38,940 nucleotides of DNA, taken from assembly GCA_043799545.1 (NCBI GenBank), contig JAZDNO010000003.1, positions 1 through 38,940 of the forward strand, in the 5' to 3' direction. Within the stretch, counting starts at the first letter, position 1; the number at the start of each line of letters is the position of its first letter. The notes under the pieces are model-generated. The model did no database searches. It worked only from the letters and a program-made list of their open reading frames with translations, and was not told the DNA's origin. Position numbers and translations under genes: made by a program. Shown here one piece after another: positions 8,098-15,782 of this stretch. Source of the stretch: Methanobacteriota archaeon (GTDB lineage Archaea; Thermoplasmatota; Thermoplasmata; SG8-5; DAIRED01).

Positions 8098-8362
8098 TCA
8101 ACTTTCGGACAGAATTTCGTCGCGTATCCTCTCCAGTTGTGCATGCGCCTTCTTCACGTTGATGGCAAGGTTCTTCGCCGGTTCGGTAGTAGCTCATGTG
8201 CGCCTTGATGAGGCAGGTGCCGCCCTTGAAGACGAGATTGTCCCGCAAGTATGGATCGTTCGAGACCGCATGCAAGAGCCTGTGGAGGTGGAAGTCCTTC
8301 TCGATGATGTCCGGGCGCTTTGGCTTCCCGAGGGCGTTCAGGCGCTCGAAGAACTCCTTCAC
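8098..8362 (-). pseudogene. AbiEii-family nucleotidyltransferase toxin with internal deletion and frameshift
   Basis: The N-terminus DIIEKDFHL..LVFKGGTCLIKAHMSYYR stops where the family FSED motif is expected (~8184). A different frame then gives EPAKNLAINVKKAHAQLERIRDEILSES*, ending at 8098. Confidence 0.8.
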
Positions 8363-8994
8363 GGAAGGTCCCCCAGGGCGTCCTGGAACCTCACTGGGTA
8401 GCGCTTCAGGTACTTCGAGAGTTTCTCGCGGTCGAGCTTGGAGATGTGCTCATCGATGATTGCTTTCGATGAGCCTTTGCCGCTACGGTGCGCCCTGTAA
8501 GCCAGGTCCAGAACGGTCTTCTCCGGGTCTGAGTAGGCCAGGCGCCCCTTGTGAATGACGCCAAAGTTCAGGCGGTCAGGGCTCCATCTGTGGAACTGGA
8601 ACTTCGAACCGAGGATGCCGATGACCTTGGTGGTCCTGAACGAGCCCGTCGCGACGGAGTCGACCGCGAAGTACTCGTGGGTCATTCCGTTGAGCTTGAG
8701 GGCGGTCTCCAGGCCGAAGTGCCATCGCTTCACGCCTTTCATCTCCAGAGCCTCCGCCACCAGCTCGTAGGTCGACCGTTCGGAGAAGCTGCGCTCGCGC
8801 TCGTCCGCGCTCCGGACGTAGAAAACGCCCCTGAGGATCCGAGCGATGTAGCCATGCTCCATCAGGTATCGGAGGCTCCGGGTCTCGTCCTTGTCGAGGC
8901 GCTTTGCCAGCGCCTTTATCTCGCCGGATGTGACTATTCTGCGCCCGTCGACGAGCAGCTTTCTCCATATCGTGGGTGTGTTCATCTCGGTCAT
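8359..8994 (-). CDS. AbiEi-family (type IV TA) antitoxin / wHTH regulator
   Basis: GYIARILRGVFYV, HFGLETALKLNGMTH, SDPEKTVLD. GTGA overlap with the downstream AbiEii-like gene. Confidence 0.8.
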   Translation of the reverse strand: MTEMNTPTIWRKLLVDGRRIVTSGEIKALAKRLDKDETRSLRYLMEHGYIARILRGVFYVRSADERERSFSERSTYELVAEALEMKGVKRWHFGLETALKLNGMTHEYFAVDSVATGSFRTTKVIGILGSKFQFHRWSPDRLNFGVIHKGRLAYSDPEKTVLDLAYRAHRSGKGSSKAIIDEHISKLDREKLSKYLKRYPVRFQDALGDLP

Positions 8995-9049
8995 AATGTC
9001 CCCATTATTGGGATGTTATGACTCAAACGATTTATGTTTTTCGGGGGCG

Positions 9050-9077
9050 ATTCGTTAGATTCTCGAACGTAACGAAT
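9050..9077. promoter_or_regulatory. Inverted repeat, candidate AbiEi operator in the divergent promoter
   Basis: ATTCGTTA-N12-TAACGAAT, plus GATTCT(9058-9063)/AGAATC(9082-9087). Confidence 0.4.
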
Positions 9078-9177
9078 GGTTAGAATCAACAATTTCCACT
9101 GTCCGGTGGAAATGCGGAAAACTCTAGAAATGAATCGACAAGGAACGATTATATCCCTAGAAAGAGATGTGATTAGG

Positions 9178-9996
9178 ATGGCTGACAAAGCAATCGCATG
9201 GGCGACGGACATCCACTTGAACTTCGTGGGCGAGGCCGGATTCCGGAAATTCATCGACGAGCTACTGCTCAAATCGCCCGAGACGCTGCTTATCGCCGGC
9301 GACATATCGGATGGGCCCGGCGTCATGCCCTGCCTGCGGAAGCTGGAAGCATCTGTAAAATCCAAGATATGCTTCGTACTCGGGAACCACGATTCTTACC
9401 ACGGCTCGATATCCAAAACCAGGAGCCTCGCTGAGCAGCTTTCGAAGGAGTTCGAGAGGCTGGTATTCCTCGACGGGCATGCCCCGGTCGAGATGGCGGA
9501 GGGCGTGGCTCTCGTGGGGCACAGCGGCTGGGCGGACGGACGGTATGGCGATTACGGGCGGTCGGACGTGATGCTCAACGACTACGTCCTCATCGACGAT
9601 TTCAAGGGCTTGAGTAAAATGCAGAGGCTGGATAAGCTGAACGAGTTGGGAGATGAGGCGGCAGGACACCTAAGAAGGAGCTTGTCAGATGCGTTACAGG
9701 AGTACGAGAAAGTGATTTGCCTGACTCATGTCCCCCCGTTCCAAGAGGCTTGCCTGTACGAAGGGCGGCGCACCGATGAAAACCATCTGCCACACTTCGC
9801 CAACAAGGCGGCGGGCGATGCCATGTTGGACGTGATGGAAGGGCGGCCAAACGCCCGGCTGAGCGTCCTGTGCGGCCACACGCACAGCCACAGCCACGTC
9901 AAAATCCGCGAGAACCTCGTCGTGACTGCCGGGGGCGCCCAGTACGGCCAGCCCAAGCTACAGGATGACGCGGCATTACTCGAATTTCTACGTTAG
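9178..9996 (+). CDS. Calcineurin-like metallophosphoesterase (Icc/CpdA-like)
   Basis: All five motifs: TDIH, IAGD, GNHD, LTHVPP, GHTH. Start taken at ATG 9178 (the ORF track begins at 9076). Confidence 0.88.
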   Translation: MADKAIAWATDIHLNFVGEAGFRKFIDELLLKSPETLLIAGDISDGPGVMPCLRKLEASVKSKICFVLGNHDSYHGSISKTRSLAEQLSKEFERLVFLDGHAPVEMAEGVALVGHSGWADGRYGDYGRSDVMLNDYVLIDDFKGLSKMQRLDKLNELGDEAAGHLRRSLSDALQEYEKVICLTHVPPFQEACLYEGRRTDENHLPHFANKAAGDAMLDVMEGRPNARLSVLCGHTHSHSHVKIRENLVVTAGGAQYGQPKLQDDAALLEFLR

Positions 9997-10195
9997 TCGC
10001 AGAAATAAGCGTCTTTCGACGGTTTTTGAGTAGTAGTGCAATGATTGTATACTTAATTTCTTACATTGTGATTTTTGTATACGCCCATGTATGCAATTTT
10101 AAATATTAAAGAAATGTAGCCGCCCATACATTTTTACCTTTTGGTATAAATGTGCAAAATAGTAAAAATTCGAAGGCGCAGGAGTTCTTAAGTCC

Positions 10196-10251
10196 AATGC
10201 ACAATGCAAATTTACCGAATTACTTAAATAGTATTTCGGCATTATTGCATT
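10196..10251 (+). promoter_or_regulatory. Leaderless promoter with dyad-symmetric operator centred on the TATA box
   Basis: AATGC-AC-AATGC...CCGAA-T-TACT-TAAAT-AGTA-T-TTCGG-CATT-ATT-GCATT. TTAAATA lies ~25 nt before ATG 10255. Confidence 0.6.
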
Positions 10252-10254
10252 CAT

Positions 10255-11103
10255 ATGGGTCGCCGAGAATCGCTGAACGATACCGAGATTGAAATCATGC
10301 GCCGGCTTCAGGACGGCAAGATGTCCGTGTCTGGCTTAGCGGCAGCGCTCTCCATCTCTCCGGCATGGGCCTCGGAATGCGTTTCGCACCTGTCGGAAAC
10401 GGGGTTCGTAGACCGCGAAAAGAAGGGAACTGGAGTCACCGTGGGCATGAGTCAGTCACCCATAGGGACGGCGGCATCCTTCTTGATTCGGGAGAATGCC
10501 ATGCTTAAGCTCGAGGCAGTTCTCACTGGGTCGGGGTTGAAAATCCTCATGCTTGTTCAAAAACCGGGTTGCGACTCGAGAAGCATAGCCGCCAGGGCAT
10601 CCATATCGCTGAGGACGGCCAGGGGTGTGCTGGCAAGGTGGAGAGGCATGGGGATATTGACCTTGAAGGACGGGGTGTACGCCATCAATCCGGCGCACAC
10701 AACTCTGTCCGCGTTCGCGCGTAGTTGGGCCGAGCATATAAACTCCGCGATATTAAAAGAAAAATATCCGAACGCGGTCATCGTCTGGCAGTGGCGCGAC
10801 GAGTTCATATTCACGAGCGATGGTCGGGTGTCGGACGATTCGTTCAAGCCAGCTGGACCCACGCGTCTGGAGGAACTGAATTACGACATCATCGGCAGAA
10901 CCTTCTATTATCAATACAGGCCAGACGGGGAGGAAGTCTCGGAGGCCGAAGCCCTCGTCCAGACGGTCATGATAGATCCTTTGAATCCTAGACCGCTCAG
11001 GCACCTCAGAAACGCGAAGGTAAGCAAGGCCGAACTTGCCAAATTCGCTGAAAAATATGGTTTGAAGCTTGATTTGAAAAATGGAGGGATGCAGCTTGGC
11101 TGA
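10255..11103 (+). CDS. Double winged-helix protein, probable antitoxin/regulator
   Basis: Two wHTH-like segments (MSVSGLAAALSISPAWASECVSHLSETGFV; SRSIAARASISLRTARGVLARWRGMGIL). It overlaps the downstream NTase gene. Confidence 0.7.
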   Translation: MGRRESLNDTEIEIMRRLQDGKMSVSGLAAALSISPAWASECVSHLSETGFVDREKKGTGVTVGMSQSPIGTAASFLIRENAMLKLEAVLTGSGLKILMLVQKPGCDSRSIAARASISLRTARGVLARWRGMGILTLKDGVYAINPAHTTLSAFARSWAEHINSAILKEKYPNAVIVWQWRDEFIFTSDGRVSDDSFKPAGPTRLEELNYDIIGRTFYYQYRPDGEEVSEAEALVQTVMIDPLNPRPLRHLRNAKVSKAELAKFAEKYGLKLDLKNGGMQLG

Positions 11104-11899
11104 GAGAAAGAGGTTCGAAAGGAAAGAGCTTGTCAAAGTCCTGGAGCAGACCGGCGAGAACGTCAACAAGGAAACGTCCGCATATCTGATTGGCGGCCTG
11201 AACATGATATTGGACGGATTCAAGACCACCACAAAGGACGTGGACCTGGTGTTCTCCGACGAGGCTTCGGTGAAAAAGTTCGTCAGCGCTTCGGAGAAAG
11301 CGGGTTTCACCAGGGTCAAGAAGCTGGAGACCGATTACCGGGATCTGAACGCTTGGATTGTATTAGAGACCGCCAGCGGCATGAGATTTGACATCTTCTG
11401 CCGGCAAGTTTGCGGCGGGTTGGTGTTGTCACCCGGAATGATGGCCCGGTCAGATGAGAGGCTTCGCTTCGGCAACCTGATAATAAAGTCCTGTTCGTCC
11501 GAAGACATCTTCCTGTTCAAATCGATAACCTCCCGGCCGGACGACCTGACGGACATGAGGGCCTTGCTGGGCCGTGTCATAGACTGGAAAATCATCGAAA
11601 ACGAGGTGCGCTCCCAGCCAGATTCGTGGAGATGGATAGGCCGCCTTTACGGAAGGCTTCTGGAGCTCCGTGATGTGTATGACGTTAAATCTCCCCTCCT
11701 TGAGACATTGGAGCCGGATGCCGAGCTATCCCAGGCTATGGGTATCCTGCTTTCGCACATCGAAAAAGAACCGCTCTCGAAATCGGAAGCTGTTTCGGTT
11801 TTGGAAAAAGACGGGGCACTGGCAACGGCATCTTTGAAAAAATTGGAGAGGCTTGGATTGGTGGCTTCCGACAAGGGGAAATATCGTCTGGCAAAGTAG
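11096..11899 (+). CDS. DUF6036/AbiEii-like nucleotidyltransferase with C-terminal wHTH, probable toxin
   Basis: AYLIGGLNMILDGFKTTTKDVDLV (GG..TxDxD) and FLFKSITSRPDDLTD. TTG start 8 nt after GGAGG (the ORF track starts at 11081). Confidence 0.75.
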   Translation: MAERKRFERKELVKVLEQTGENVNKETSAYLIGGLNMILDGFKTTTKDVDLVFSDEASVKKFVSASEKAGFTRVKKLETDYRDLNAWIVLETASGMRFDIFCRQVCGGLVLSPGMMARSDERLRFGNLIIKSCSSEDIFLFKSITSRPDDLTDMRALLGRVIDWKIIENEVRSQPDSWRWIGRLYGRLLELRDVYDVKSPLLETLEPDAELSQAMGILLSHIEKEPLSKSEAVSVLEKDGALATASLKKLERLGLVASDKGKYRLAK

Positions 11900-11911
11900 G
11901 CATACCCATTC

Positions 11912-12040
11912 TCAGCATGGCAGTTCCCCAAGGGCGCTCTGGAACCGCTGCGGGTAGCGTTTCAGGTACTTCGAGAGCTTCTTATGGTCGAGTTTAGAAA
12001 GGTACTCGTCGATGATTGCCCTCGGTCTCGCCCGGTCCAT
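11912..12040 (-). pseudogene. Remnant 3' end of a second AbiEi-like antitoxin gene
   Basis: MDRARPRAIIDEYLSKLDHKKLSKYLKRYPQRFQSALGELPC* aligns with the C-terminus KAIIDEHISKLDREKLSKYLKRYPVRFQDALGDLP* of 8359-8994. The DNA is clearly homologous. Confidence 0.85.
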
Positions 12041-12189
12041 TGTGCAACGACGTTTTCCCTCGGCACAGTTCGCATAGCCCGGTGACTATCAATAATTTTT
12101 CTTCCGATTTTATTGGGGTTCAGGCTCCAAAGAGAGACCAAAATCGTTTGTCTTTTCCACCCAAAATCCGTCATACCCAGGGATTGGTC

Positions 12190-12197
12190 TTATATAC
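12190..12197 (+). promoter_or_regulatory. Archaeal TATA box for cphB-cphA
   Basis: TTATATAC ~25-30 bp upstream of ATG 12221. Confidence 0.5.
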
Positions 12198-12220
12198 TCA
12201 ATGTACGTTACAGGGAGTTG

Positions 12221-13108
12221 ATGAATAAGGCGGTCGATGGCGCTCAGGGGAACCGGAACGACCCCGAAGCCCCGGAAGGGATTCTGGTCGCTGTCGGGGG
12301 AAACGAGGACAAGGAGAACGACCTCGACGTCCTCAGGAGAATAGCCGGGCTGATAGACCACCCCAACCCGGTAATAGAGATCATCACGACAGCGAGCAGC
12401 ACGCCGAAGAAGATGGGGGAAGTGTACCTCGGCGTTTTTACCAAAATCGGCATAACGAATGCGAACGTCATCCACATTGGCAAGAGAGAAGAGGCGAACA
12501 ACGCCGAATACATCGACAGAATCAAGAAGGCCGACATAATATTTTTCACCGGCGGCGACCAGCTAAAAATAACCAGCATACTAGGAGGGTCCCATTTCCT
12601 TCAGGAAATCAAGAGGAGGTACTTCAATGAAAAGTGCGTCGTCGCGGGAACCAGCGCCGGGGCAACGGCCATGCCTGACACGATGATTTACGGCGGCGAG
12701 AGCGGGGAGGCGCTGTGCAAGGGCGCCGTCAACATGACCTGCGGCATCGGGCTAATCAAGCACATCATAATCGACAGCCATTTCATCAAAAGGGGCAGGT
12801 TCAGCAGGCTGATGGAGGTTGTCTCATCAAATCCCGGATACATCGGCCTGGGCCTGGGCGAGGACACCGGTGTGATAATACGGAACGGTCACATACTAGA
12901 GGCCATCGGGAACGGACTGGTTGTGATATTTGATGGTCACGGGATAAAATATACCAACATCACTTCGTTGAAAGACGGGGAAGCCATATCCGTCGAAGGG
13001 GTTCTTGTGCACACGATAGCCAAGGGCCACGGATACAACATCAAGACCCGGGAGTATCTCAACCCAGCATACCAAAGAAAGGTGATGAGGGCCATCAATG
13101 ATTATTAG
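12221..13108 (+). CDS. cphB: Cyanophycinase (S51 serine peptidase), intracellular type
   Basis: AVGGNEDK, FFTGGDQLKI, catalytic GTSAG, IIDSHFIKRGRFSRL, GLGEDTG. No signal peptide. Overlaps cphA by 11 bp. Confidence 0.92.
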   Translation: MNKAVDGAQGNRNDPEAPEGILVAVGGNEDKENDLDVLRRIAGLIDHPNPVIEIITTASSTPKKMGEVYLGVFTKIGITNANVIHIGKREEANNAEYIDRIKKADIIFFTGGDQLKITSILGGSHFLQEIKRRYFNEKCVVAGTSAGATAMPDTMIYGGESGEALCKGAVNMTCGIGLIKHIIIDSHFIKRGRFSRLMEVVSSNPGYIGLGLGEDTGVIIRNGHILEAIGNGLVVIFDGHGIKYTNITSLKDGEAISVEGVLVHTIAKGHGYNIKTREYLNPAYQRKVMRAINDY

Positions 13109-15731
13109 GGAAATCAGAGCCCTGGGCGGTCCGAACTATTACAGCCGTTATCCAGTAATCTTCATGCTTTTGGACATCGGCAAATTGGAGGGAAGGTCAT
13201 CGAACATGGTTCCCGGCTTGAAAAGCCGTCTCAGCAGGCTGATACCCACGATGTGGGACCACCGTTGCTCCCTCGGCTACCCGGGCGGTTTTTTGGAAAG
13301 GGTCGAGACCGGGACGTGGGCCGGCCACATAGTCGAGCACGTCGCGATTGAGCTTCAGTGCCTCGCGAATATGAACGTCGGTTTCGGCAAGACGCGCGAG
13401 ACCTCTGAGGAGGGCGTTTACACGGTCGTCTTCAGATACCGAAGCCCCGAAGCCGGCATCGAGGCCGGAAAGGCGGCCGTGAAGATTGTGGACGCGCTGT
13501 TCAAGAAACAGCCCATCCGGATAGCGCCCATCATATCCCATTTGAAGGAAGTGCGCGAGGAGAACCTGTTCGGGCCCTCGACATTCTCCATAATAAAGGA
13601 AGCTGGCAGCCGCGGGATTCCATACATCCGCCTCAACAACCAAAGCTACGTCCAATTGGGCCACGGAAGATACCAGCGGAGGATTCAGGCCACGATGATG
13701 GACAACACCTCCGCCATCGGCGTGGAGATTGCGGACGACAAGGAGCAGACCAAGGACATCCTCTCGGACGCAGGGGTTCCTGTCCCTAGAGGGGAATCCG
13801 TCCGCGATTTGGGGGGCGCAATCGATGTGGCCAACGATGTGGGATATCCTGTCGCGGTAAAACCTCTGGTGGGCCATCACGGGAACGGCATCACGGCCCG
13901 CGTCAACAGCGAGAAGGAGCTCAGGATGGCTTTCGCCAGCGCGAGGAAATTCCATGACTACGTCGTTGTGGAGAAGCATCTGGAAGGTTTCGACCACAGG
14001 CTGCTGGTCATCGGCGGCGAGCTCGTCGCGGCCGCGAGAAGGGACCCGGCCAGCGTGATGGGCAACGGAAAATCGACTATACGCGAGCTGATAGTCATGG
14101 TCAACAAGGACCCGAGGCGCGGCATCGGGCACGAGAAGGTACTCACCAGGATAAAAATCGACGGCATGACCAAGCGGCTGCTCAAACAGCACGGCCTGCA
14201 GCTCACCGATGTCCTGCCCGAGGGGAGGCTCCTCCGCCTAAAGTCCACGGCCAACCTGAGCACGGGCGGCTGCTCGATAGACGTGACGGACGAGGTGCAC
14301 CATCAAATCAAGAAGATGGCGGAGCGGGTGTCGAAATTGATTAACATCAACGTCATGGGAATTGATGTCGTTGCGCCCAACCTCAGGCAGCCTCTCAGGG
14401 AAACGGGAGGCGGGATTGTCGAGGTCAACGCGGCTCCGGGATTCAGGATGCATCTGGACCCCTACTTCGGAACAAGCAGAAACGTCGCCAAGCCCGTCGT
14501 CGACATGCTCTTTCCACCCGGCAGCAACAGCACGATACCAATAATAGCGGTGACAGGCACGAACGGAAAGACGACCACCGTCCGGTTCATAGCCCACATC
14601 CTGAAATATGCCGGAAAGAACGTGGGAATGTGCTGCACCAACGGCGTCGAGATAGGAAACCAGTTGGTTCTGGAGGGCGACTACAGCGGTCCGGACGGGG
14701 CAAAGCACATACTGAAAGACCCGACGGTGGACCACGCGGTCCTGGAAGTTGCCAGAGGCGGCATACTGAGGAGGGGGCTGGGTTACGACGAGAGCGACGT
14801 GGGGGTCGTTTTGAACGTCTCCACCGACCATCTGGGCCTGGACGGAATCAACACCCTGGAGGAGCTGGCAGAGCTCAAGAGAATCGTCGTCGAGACGGTC
14901 AAGCCAGATGGGCTCGCGGTGATAAACGCCGACAACGAATGGACCTTGGGCTACAAGGACCTCATCAAGGCGAAGTCCATACTCTTCTCCATCCACGACG
15001 ACAATCCCGCGCTTGCCGCACACGTTGCCAACGGCGGAACCGCCGTGACCGTCAAAGACGGGGAGATAATCCTGAGGAAGGGCACGTCCGACGTGACCAT
15101 CGCGAAGATAAACAACATCCCGATTACCTTCGGCGGAAAGGCGACGTTCAACGTCGCCAACACCCTGGCGGCCGTCGCAGCCACATATGCGATAGGCATA
15201 GACATCAAGACCATACAAATCAGCCTGGTCACATTCAACCCGTCCACCGGCCAATTGCCAGGCAGGGCGAACCTGATAGACGTGGACACGTTCAAGGTCT
15301 TGATAGACTACGGGCACAACCCCTCGGCCCTTGAGGCGCTGGCAGAGCTGATTCCCCATCTCGCGAGGGGAAAGAAGATTAACGTCGGCAGCGGGACGGG
15401 CAACAGGAGGGACGTGGACATTTTGGATTTCGGAAAGAACATCGCCAAGATGTACGATTACATCATCCTGAACGATTCGGACCCCAGGAAGCGCAAGCTT
15501 GGGGAGACCGCTGAAATGGTGCGCAAGGGGGTGCTGTCTACCGGTTTTCCCAAAAAGAACATCCGCGTCGTGCTTGAGGAAGCCGCGGCCATCCAGGTGG
15601 CTCTCAGGATGGCGGAGGCCGGTGACCTGATTGTCATCCAGGCCAACGACGTGAACAAGGCAATCCACGACGTTTTGGAGTACAAGGAGAAACTGACGCA
15701 CGGGGGCAAGGTGAAGAAAAAGCGTGGCTGA
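13098..15731 (+). CDS. cphA: Cyanophycin synthetase CphA1
   Basis: N-domain GPNYYS and HRCSLGYPGGF..GTWAGHIVEHVAIELQ. ATP-grasp domain VAVKP..GHHGNG, TANLSTGG, EVNAAPGFRMH. Mur-ligase domain AVTGTNGKTT, EVARGGILRRGL, DYGHNP. Confidence 0.95.
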   Translation: MIIREIRALGGPNYYSRYPVIFMLLDIGKLEGRSSNMVPGLKSRLSRLIPTMWDHRCSLGYPGGFLERVETGTWAGHIVEHVAIELQCLANMNVGFGKTRETSEEGVYTVVFRYRSPEAGIEAGKAAVKIVDALFKKQPIRIAPIISHLKEVREENLFGPSTFSIIKEAGSRGIPYIRLNNQSYVQLGHGRYQRRIQATMMDNTSAIGVEIADDKEQTKDILSDAGVPVPRGESVRDLGGAIDVANDVGYPVAVKPLVGHHGNGITARVNSEKELRMAFASARKFHDYVVVEKHLEGFDHRLLVIGGELVAAARRDPASVMGNGKSTIRELIVMVNKDPRRGIGHEKVLTRIKIDGMTKRLLKQHGLQLTDVLPEGRLLRLKSTANLSTGGCSIDVTDEVHHQIKKMAERVSKLININVMGIDVVAPNLRQPLRETGGGIVEVNAAPGFRMHLDPYFGTSRNVAKPVVDMLFPPGSNSTIPIIAVTGTNGKTTTVRFIAHILKYAGKNVGMCCTNGVEIGNQLVLEGDYSGPDGAKHILKDPTVDHAVLEVARGGILRRGLGYDESDVGVVLNVSTDHLGLDGINTLEELAELKRIVVETVKPDGLAVINADNEWTLGYKDLIKAKSILFSIHDDNPALAAHVANGGTAVTVKDGEIILRKGTSDVTIAKINNIPITFGGKATFNVANTLAAVAATYAIGIDIKTIQISLVTFNPSTGQLPGRANLIDVDTFKVLIDYGHNPSALEALAELIPHLARGKKINVGSGTGNRRDVDILDFGKNIAKMYDYIILNDSDPRKRKLGETAEMVRKGVLSTGFPKKNIRVVLEEAAAIQVALRMAEAGDLIVIQANDVNKAIHDVLEYKEKLTHGGKVKKKRG

Positions 15732-15782
15732 GCCCTCGATTTTTTGATTTACTAAATGTGCGTCTCCAGAACAATTTATTCT

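Larger units (their letters stand above)
8048..12039. mobile_element. Degenerate tRNA-linked island bounded by att-like 22-bp direct repeats (8048-8069, 12016-12037)
   Basis: TTGCCCTCGGTCTCGCC[T/C]GGTC occurs at both ends. The 3' part matches the tRNA 3' end TCTCGCCTGGTCCA (7943-7956): 12/12 at 8058-8069 and 13/14 at 12026-12039. No integrase is present. Confidence 0.5.

Noticed and set aside
7961-8184. C-terminal 70+ aa of the 133-aa AbiEii-like ORF as a real domain
   Set aside because: This is out-of-frame read-through after the deletion; the plausible native tail is in another frame.
9076-9177. N-terminal extension of the phosphoesterase ORF
   Set aside because: It overlaps AT-rich promoter and operator sequence; family motif I begins just after ATG 9178.
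12113-12220. N-terminal extension of the cphB ORF
   Set aside because: It contains the TATA box; ATG 12221 fits the family length.
13197-15701. 331-aa and 487-aa minus-strand ORFs
   Set aside because: They are antisense to cphA, a high-GC shadow effect.
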